Shown here piece by piece: positions 58,798 through 64,000 of a stretch of 64,000 nt of DNA (positions within the stretch are counted from its first letter, which is position 1; each line of letters starts with the position of its first letter). The position numbers were made by a program, and so were the translations under genes. The notes below the pieces were generated by a model that saw nothing but the letters and a program-made list of their open reading frames with translations, was not told the origin of the DNA and ran no database searches. The DNA comes from an uncultured Gemmatimonadales bacterium (GTDB lineage: Bacteria > Gemmatimonadota > Gemmatimonadetes > Longimicrobiales > RSA9): assembly GCA_963783305.1 (NCBI GenBank), contig CAWAMW010000007.1, positions 352,001-416,000 on the forward strand, in the 5' to 3' direction.

Positions 58798-59661
58798 TCA
58801 GCTGAGCGCCAGGAAGCGCTGGATGTAGTCGTCGTCCTGCGCGATCATCTCCTCCGGCGTCCCGTCGAACGCGATCTCCCCGTTCCTCAGGAGGTTCACC
58901 CGGGAAGCGACCCGGAACCCGGCCCGCAGGTCGTGCGTCACGACGATGGAGGTCACGCCGCGCTCCCTCTGCAGTTTCCGTGTCAGGTCCCCGATGGTCC
59001 CGATGGTGAGCGGGTCGAGACCGGCCGTGGGCTCGTCGTAGAGCACGATCTGCGGGTCCGTGGCGATGGCCCGGGCCAGCCCGACCCGTTTCTTCTGCCC
59101 GCCCGAGAGCTCACCCGGCAGCTGCGGACCGACCTTGTCGGGGTCGAGATCGACGAACGTCAGTCTCTGACGCACCACCTCGGCGATCTCGTCCTCCGAC
59201 ATGCGGGTGTTCTCCCGGAGCGGGTACGCGATGTTGTCGAAGACGTTCACCGAGTCGAAGAGCGCCGCGTTCTGGAACACCATCCCGATCTTCTGTCGGA
59301 GCTCGAGCGCCTCCTGGAAGGTAAGCTGCGTGATCTCGCGCCCGAAGACGCAGATGTCGCCGCTGTCCGGGAGCAGGAGTCGGAGGATCAGCTTGAGGAT
59401 CGTGGACTTTCCCGTGCCCGACTCGCCCAGGACGAGAAGCGTTTCCCCCTCCTTCACCCGCAGGTCGACCCCGGACAGGATCGGGTGGTCGAACGAGAGG
59501 TGGACGTTCTCGAGCTCGATGACCGGCTCTCCGGTCTCCACCGGCTCCGCGCCCTCGTCGCCGCTCCGGATCTCGTCGCGGATCACCTTCCGCAGCACCT
59601 CGCCCGCGCCCGCGTCGCGCCGATCGTCGCCCTCGCGCCGCCCTTCCACGCTCTCCCTCAT
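58798..59661 (-). CDS. mlaF: MlaF-type ABC transporter ATPase
   Basis: GESGTGKS, GMVFQNAALFDS, LSGGQKKRVGLAR and YDEPTAGLDP. Confidence 0.92.
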   Translation of the reverse strand: MRESVEGRREGDDRRDAGAGEVLRKVIRDEIRSGDEGAEPVETGEPVIELENVHLSFDHPILSGVDLRVKEGETLLVLGESGTGKSTILKLILRLLLPDSGDICVFGREITQLTFQEALELRQKIGMVFQNAALFDSVNVFDNIAYPLRENTRMSEDEIAEVVRQRLTFVDLDPDKVGPQLPGELSGGQKKRVGLARAIATDPQIVLYDEPTAGLDPLTIGTIGDLTRKLQRERGVTSIVVTHDLRAGFRVASRVNLLRNGEIAFDGTPEEMIAQDDDYIQRFLALS

Positions 59662-60482
59662 CCGCCCGCCGGGAGCAGGACCATCAGGAGCTGCGTGATG
59701 AAGTAGTCCACCACGAGCACCAGGATCGAACCCGTGACGACGGCCCGCGTTGTGGCCGTCCCGACCCCTTCCGTCCCGCCCCGCGCCGCCAGACCATAAT
59801 GGCAGCCCGTCATGGCTACAATGCCCCCGAATACGAACGGCTTCAGGAGCCCGCCCACGAAGTCACGGGGGAAGACGTCGAAGATGAAGCCCGACTGCGC
59901 CAGGATGCTCCACACGCCCCGCAGATAGGCGTCCGCCGGCACCTGGATCTTGAACACCGAGACCAGGAGCCCGCCGAAGATGCCCACGGCATCCGTCATG
60001 ATCGTCAGCAGGGGAAGCATAATGAGACCCGCCAGGAGGCGCGGCGTCACCAGCTTCTTGATGGGGTCCGTACCGAAGCTCTGGAGCGCGTCGATCTGCT
60101 CGGTAACCCGCATGGCGCCGATCTCCGCCGCGATCCCCGAGCCCACGCGGCCGGCGAAGATCAGGGCGGCCAGGACCGGACCCAGCTCCCGCACCATCGA
60201 GGCTCCCACCAGGCTCCCAACGTAAATGTCCGCCCCGAACCGCTCGAGCGCCACCGCGCTCTGCAGCGCCAGGACCATCCCGGTGAACAGGCCGGTGAGG
60301 AGGAGGATAGGCACCGATCCCACGCCCATCCGGTCCATGTGCGTGAGAGTATCCCTCCAGTAGAACGGGCGTGCGACCACGAACCGCGTGGCGCGGGTCC
60401 CCAGCGTGAAGAACTGATACACACCGAGGGCCGTTCCACGCAGCCAATCGTCCACCCTGGCCACGATGCCCGTCATCCCCAC
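59658..60482 (-). CDS. mlaE: MlaE-type ABC transporter permease
   Basis: RELGPVL, GRVGSGIAAEIGAMRVTEQIDA and GVGTATT. Alternative ATG at 60476. Confidence 0.94.
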   Translation of the reverse strand: MGMTGIVARVDDWLRGTALGVYQFFTLGTRATRFVVARPFYWRDTLTHMDRMGVGSVPILLLTGLFTGMVLALQSAVALERFGADIYVGSLVGASMVRELGPVLAALIFAGRVGSGIAAEIGAMRVTEQIDALQSFGTDPIKKLVTPRLLAGLIMLPLLTIMTDAVGIFGGLLVSVFKIQVPADAYLRGVWSILAQSGFIFDVFPRDFVGGLLKPFVFGGIVAMTGCHYGLAARGGTEGVGTATTRAVVTGSILVLVVDYFITQLLMVLLPAGG

Positions 60483-60610
60483 GTCTTTCGGTCGATTCTC
60501 TGGCTACTTTCGCTTTACAGTGCAGGAACACTCCGGTAGCTTGCAGCGACCCGGAACGTCGGGTAGGCCTGAATCAATTTCCGTGCCCACGACCGCCGAA
60601 CCACGCCGAC

Positions 60611-61606
60611 ATGGATCGTCTGGAACTCAGCCGAGCGAACGAACTTCTCGGTAGCATCGGGGGCGTGCGGATCCTGGTGGTAGGCGACCTGATGCTCGAC
60701 GTATACCTGCGTGGGGGCGCGTCACGAATCTCTCCGGAGGCCCCGGTGCCGGTGGTGCGGGTGCGGGACGAGTGGCGTGCGCTGGGTGGTGCGGCGAACG
60801 TGGCGGCGAACCTGGTGGCTCTTGGTGCGAAGACGCGGCTCGTGGGCGGGGTCGGGGACGACGGGGCGGCCGTGGACTTCCGGTCCGCTGCGAGCGGCGC
60901 GGGGATCGACGTGGCCGACCTGGTGGTACTGCCGGGCCGGCCGACCACGCTGAAGACGCGGGTCCTGGTGGGCCATCAGCAGGTCGCCCGGTACGATCGG
61001 GAGGTCGACGCCGATGTGGGGGGCGTGGATGCCGCCGCACTGGCCGAGCGGGTGGAGGCCGCCGCTCGGGAGGCGGACGCGGTGGTGCTGGAGGACTACG
61101 ACAAGGGCGTGCTGGTCCCGGTGGTGATCGATGCGGCGCTGGACGTCGCCCGGCAGCGGCGCATCCCGGTGGTCGTGGATCCGAAGGCGCGCCATTTCTT
61201 CCAGTACCGCGGGTGTACGGTGTTCAAGCCCAACGAGCCGGAACTGGCTGCGGCGCTCCGGGCCGAGCTTCGGCCCGACGACGCTGGCTGGATGGACGAG
61301 ACCCGCCGTCACATGGAGTGCGATGCCCTCCTCCTCACGCTCGGCGCCGAGGGTATGGCCCTCTGCACCGGGCCCCACGATCTGCTCCGTGTCCCGGCGG
61401 TAGCCCGCGCCGTCTACGACGTCTCCGGCGCCGGTGATACCGTGACCGCCGTGATCGCCGCCGTCCTCGCCGTCGGCGGTACGCCGGAGGAGGGGGCGAT
61501 CCTCGCCACGCACGCCGCCGGCGTGGAGGTGGGGAAGGCCGGCGTGGTCACGGTCGGCTCCGAGGAGATCCTCGAGAGCCTCCGCCATCACCGGAACGAG
61601 GTCTAG
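60611..61606 (+). CDS. rfaE1: D-glycero-beta-D-manno-heptose-7-phosphate kinase (stand-alone RfaE/HldE kinase domain)
   Basis: GDLMLD, RISPEAPVPV, GGAANVA, DYDKG, VDPK and DVSGAGDT. Confidence 0.92.
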   Translation: MDRLELSRANELLGSIGGVRILVVGDLMLDVYLRGGASRISPEAPVPVVRVRDEWRALGGAANVAANLVALGAKTRLVGGVGDDGAAVDFRSAASGAGIDVADLVVLPGRPTTLKTRVLVGHQQVARYDREVDADVGGVDAAALAERVEAAAREADAVVLEDYDKGVLVPVVIDAALDVARQRRIPVVVDPKARHFFQYRGCTVFKPNEPELAAALRAELRPDDAGWMDETRRHMECDALLLTLGAEGMALCTGPHDLLRVPAVARAVYDVSGAGDTVTAVIAAVLAVGGTPEEGAILATHAAGVEVGKAGVVTVGSEEILESLRHHRNEV

Positions 61607-61703
61607 CGACGTCGAACATCGTGCTGTGCAGCGAACAGGGAGCCATGCATCGACTACGGCTGCGGCCGCCCGGGCAGGCGGCTGAAGACGTCAGGGGTCG
61701 ACG

Positions 61704-61978
61704 GTCGAGGGTCGATCCCTGCGGTCGCTCCGCTCGCCGCGGACCCCGCTGGCGCGGGGGGTCGATCGCCCGCGCCTGCGCGCGAGGCGACCGCGCTGCG
61801 CGCAGCGTCGACGGGACGGGGCACGCGCGTGCCCTTCCCGCTGCGCCTGTCGGCGGGGATACCGGAGCAAGACGGAGCGCAGCGGAGATCGACCAGCGAG
61901 GCCGGAGGCCCAAGCGGTCGACCAGCGAGGGCAGCGACGCGGTCGACAGGGAGCACAGCGACCGTTCGCTCCCCGCCC
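61704..61978 (-). repeat. Modular intergenic repeat, copy C (inverted)
   Basis: Its reverse complement has the same ends and cassettes as copies A and B. Confidence 0.92.
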
Positions 61979-62048
61979 ACACATTTTTGCAGCGTTCTGC
62001 TGGACCCTTGACCCACAGGAAGCCCGCAACCCTAACAGGATCGGAACC

Positions 62049-62426
62049 ATGAAGATTATATCGACGCCGGACGCTCCCGCCGCCATCGGCCCCTATAGCC
62101 AGGCCATGAGGCTCGACAGCCTCGTGTTCACGGCGGGCCAGATTGCCCTCGACCCCGCTACCATGGAGATCGTGCCCGGCGACGTGGCGGCGCAGACGGA
62201 GCGCGTCATGAAGAACCTCTCCGCCATCCTGGAGAAGGCGGGATCCGGCCTCGGGTCGATCCTCAAGACCACTGTCTACCTGGCCGATATGAACGACTTT
62301 GCGGCCATGAACGAGGTGTACGGCCGGCACCTGGGCGACCATCGCCCCGCCCGGTCCACGGTGGAGGTGGTGCGGCTGCCCAAGGACGTGCTGGTGGAGA
62401 TCGACGCCATCGCCTTCGCCGGCTGA
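62049..62426 (+). CDS. ridA: RidA family reactive enamine/imine deaminase
   Basis: APAAIGPYSQA, GQI, F..MNEVY, PARS and LP...LVEID. Confidence 0.95.
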   Translation: MKIISTPDAPAAIGPYSQAMRLDSLVFTAGQIALDPATMEIVPGDVAAQTERVMKNLSAILEKAGSGLGSILKTTVYLADMNDFAAMNEVYGRHLGDHRPARSTVEVVRLPKDVLVEIDAIAFAG

Positions 62427-62433
62427 GCGCTCG

Positions 62434-64000
62434 CTACTCGTCCTCGACCATGTAGGCGAGCCCCCAGGCCCGCAGTCCGATGTGGGTGGCGACCACGGGC
62501 GTGGCCGGAGAGATGAGTACGTCGCGGGCGCCAAAGCGGTCTTCGAGCGCGGCGCGCACCTCCTCGGCCACGTCGAGGGCATCGACATGGATCACGCCGA
62601 AACGGACATTCCGGGCCTCAGCGATCTCTCGTGTCACAAGGCTCAACACCTTGGGCACCAGCGCTTTATATCCCCTCACCTTAGAAACGGGTTCAATCTT
62701 CCCCAGCCGGTCGACGCGGAGGATCGGCTTGATGTCGAGCAGGCTGCCCAGCCACGCGCGGCCCCGGCTCACTCTCCCTGACGCGATCAGCCGGTCGAAG
62801 GTGTCGACGGTGAAGAAGATTCCGGATCGATCGCGGATCCGGTGGAGGGTGGTGATGATCTCGTGAGCGGGCCGGCCGAGCTCTGCGAGCTCGACGGCCT
62901 TGAGGAGCAGGAGCCCCTGCAGGAGCGAGATCCCCCGTGAATCGACCAGGTGCGTGGTCGTGGATTCCTCGGTTGTGCGGGCGGCGGCCTGGGCTGAGCG
63001 GAAGGTCCCGGAGAGGGCGGCGGCGAGGATCACGGCCATGATCTCCTCGCCCTCGTGGGCCGCGCGCTGGAAGCCCGCGTAGAAGGCGGCGGGCGGCGGT
63101 TGTGAGGTGCCGGGGTGGTCGCCGTTGCGGAGCCGCTCGACGAAGGTCTCGGCGTCGATGTCGATTCCATCGCGGAGTACGCGGTCCTCGTAGATGAGCG
63201 AGAGGGGGACCACGTGGATGCCGTGGGCACGGATGACCGCCTCCGGCAGGTCGCAGGCGCTGTCGGTGACGAAGGTGAGCGGCCTGCGGGCGCGGCCGGC
63301 GGAGCGTTCGATGGCCGCGTGCTGCGCCTCCATGTCCTCCGCCTTGTGGGACTCGAGCCGGCCGACGCCCCGGAGATAGTCGAATACGCCTTCGGGATCG
63401 TCGGTGTGGACGTGGACCTTGAGGAGGGAGCCACTCCGGATCACGATGAGGGAGTCACCGAAGCCCGCGAGCGCGACGTGTACCGTGTGCTCATCCGGGA
63501 GATCCTCGCCCCGGGCGAGCCCCTCGGTGCAGAAGCGGAATGCGCTGTCTCCGGCGGGGTATTGGGCGCTCACTACGGGCTCGGGGTCGGCGAAGTGGAG
63601 GGTCTCGTCCACGGCCCGAATGGGCTGTCCCTCGATGAGGGCCCCCATCCCCTCGAGCCAGTGGACGAATCCCTTGGCGCCGGCGTCCACCACTCCGGCC
63701 GCCTTCAGGGGCGGGAGGAGGTCGGGCGTGCGGGCGAGAGCGGCGCGGGCGCGGGCCATGATGCGGGAGTAGAGCTCGACCAAGTCCGCGCTGGTGCAGG
63801 CCTCCGCCTCTTCGGCCGTCTCCCGCATGACGGTGAGCATGGTGCCCTCCACGGGCGTCTCCATGGAGGCGTAGAGGTGGTCGACGGCGTTACGGAGCGC
63901 GCGCTTGATGTCATCGACGTGAACGCGCTTGCGCTCGGTGAGCCCTTCGGCCAGTCCGATGAGCCAGTGGGAGAGGATCATGCCGCAGTTCCCGCGCGCC
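62434..64000 (-). CDS. DAK2-domain plus DegV-domain fusion (fatty acid kinase FakA/FakB-like); 5' end lies outside the window
   Basis: ARGNCG, PVEGTMLTV, VVDAGAKG, FCTE and KVHVHT (FakA-like), then VTDSACDLP, TSQP, LSGT and THIG (DegV). Confidence 0.9.
   Translation of the reverse strand, partial: ARGNCGMILSHWLIGLAEGLTERKRVHVDDIKRALRNAVDHLYASMETPVEGTMLTVMRETAEEAEACTSADLVELYSRIMARARAALARTPDLLPPLKAAGVVDAGAKGFVHWLEGMGALIEGQPIRAVDETLHFADPEPVVSAQYPAGDSAFRFCTEGLARGEDLPDEHTVHVALAGFGDSLIVIRSGSLLKVHVHTDDPEGVFDYLRGVGRLESHKAEDMEAQHAAIERSAGRARRPLTFVTDSACDLPEAVIRAHGIHVVPLSLIYEDRVLRDGIDIDAETFVERLRNGDHPGTSQPPPAAFYAGFQRAAHEGEEIMAVILAAALSGTFRSAQAAARTTEESTTTHLVDSRGISLLQGLLLLKAVELAELGRPAHEIITTLHRIRDRSGIFFTVDTFDRLIASGRVSRGRAWLGSLLDIKPILRVDRLGKIEPVSKVRGYKALVPKVLSLVTREIAEARNVRFGVIHVDALDVAEEVRAALEDRFGARDVLISPATPVVATHIGLRAWGLAYMVEDE

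Overview
This is a high-GC bacterial chromosomal segment. Gene content suggests a diderm such as Gemmatimonadota, but that is inference only. It holds about 50 genes and no rRNA, tRNA, CRISPR array, transposase or prophage that I can recognise. Main blocks: (1) fadB and a CDF transporter. (2) A six-gene minus-strand operon: ASRT-domain protein, TPP enzyme, mandelate-racemase-like enolase, FAD/Fe-S oxidoreductase, GH15 and a membrane protein. (3) A complete alternative complex III (actABCDEFG) plus A2-type caa3 oxidase operon. It has no sco gene and converges on a CtaA-like gene that has lost 3 of 4 heme-ligand histidines. (4) Scattered stress-type genes, peptidases, serine hydrolases and an Omp85 barrel fused to a kinase-like domain. 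(5) A lipid block: plsC, fadD, mlaDFE, hldE kinase and a DAK2-DegV fusion. The most notable non-coding signals are three copies of a modular intergenic repeat whose cassettes are each bounded by TCGA, a shared palindromic operator before fadB and fadD, a triplicated -35 element, and recurrent sigma54-like -24/-12 motifs before the stress-type genes. All calls come from motif reading without database searches. Start codons were adjusted by eye.
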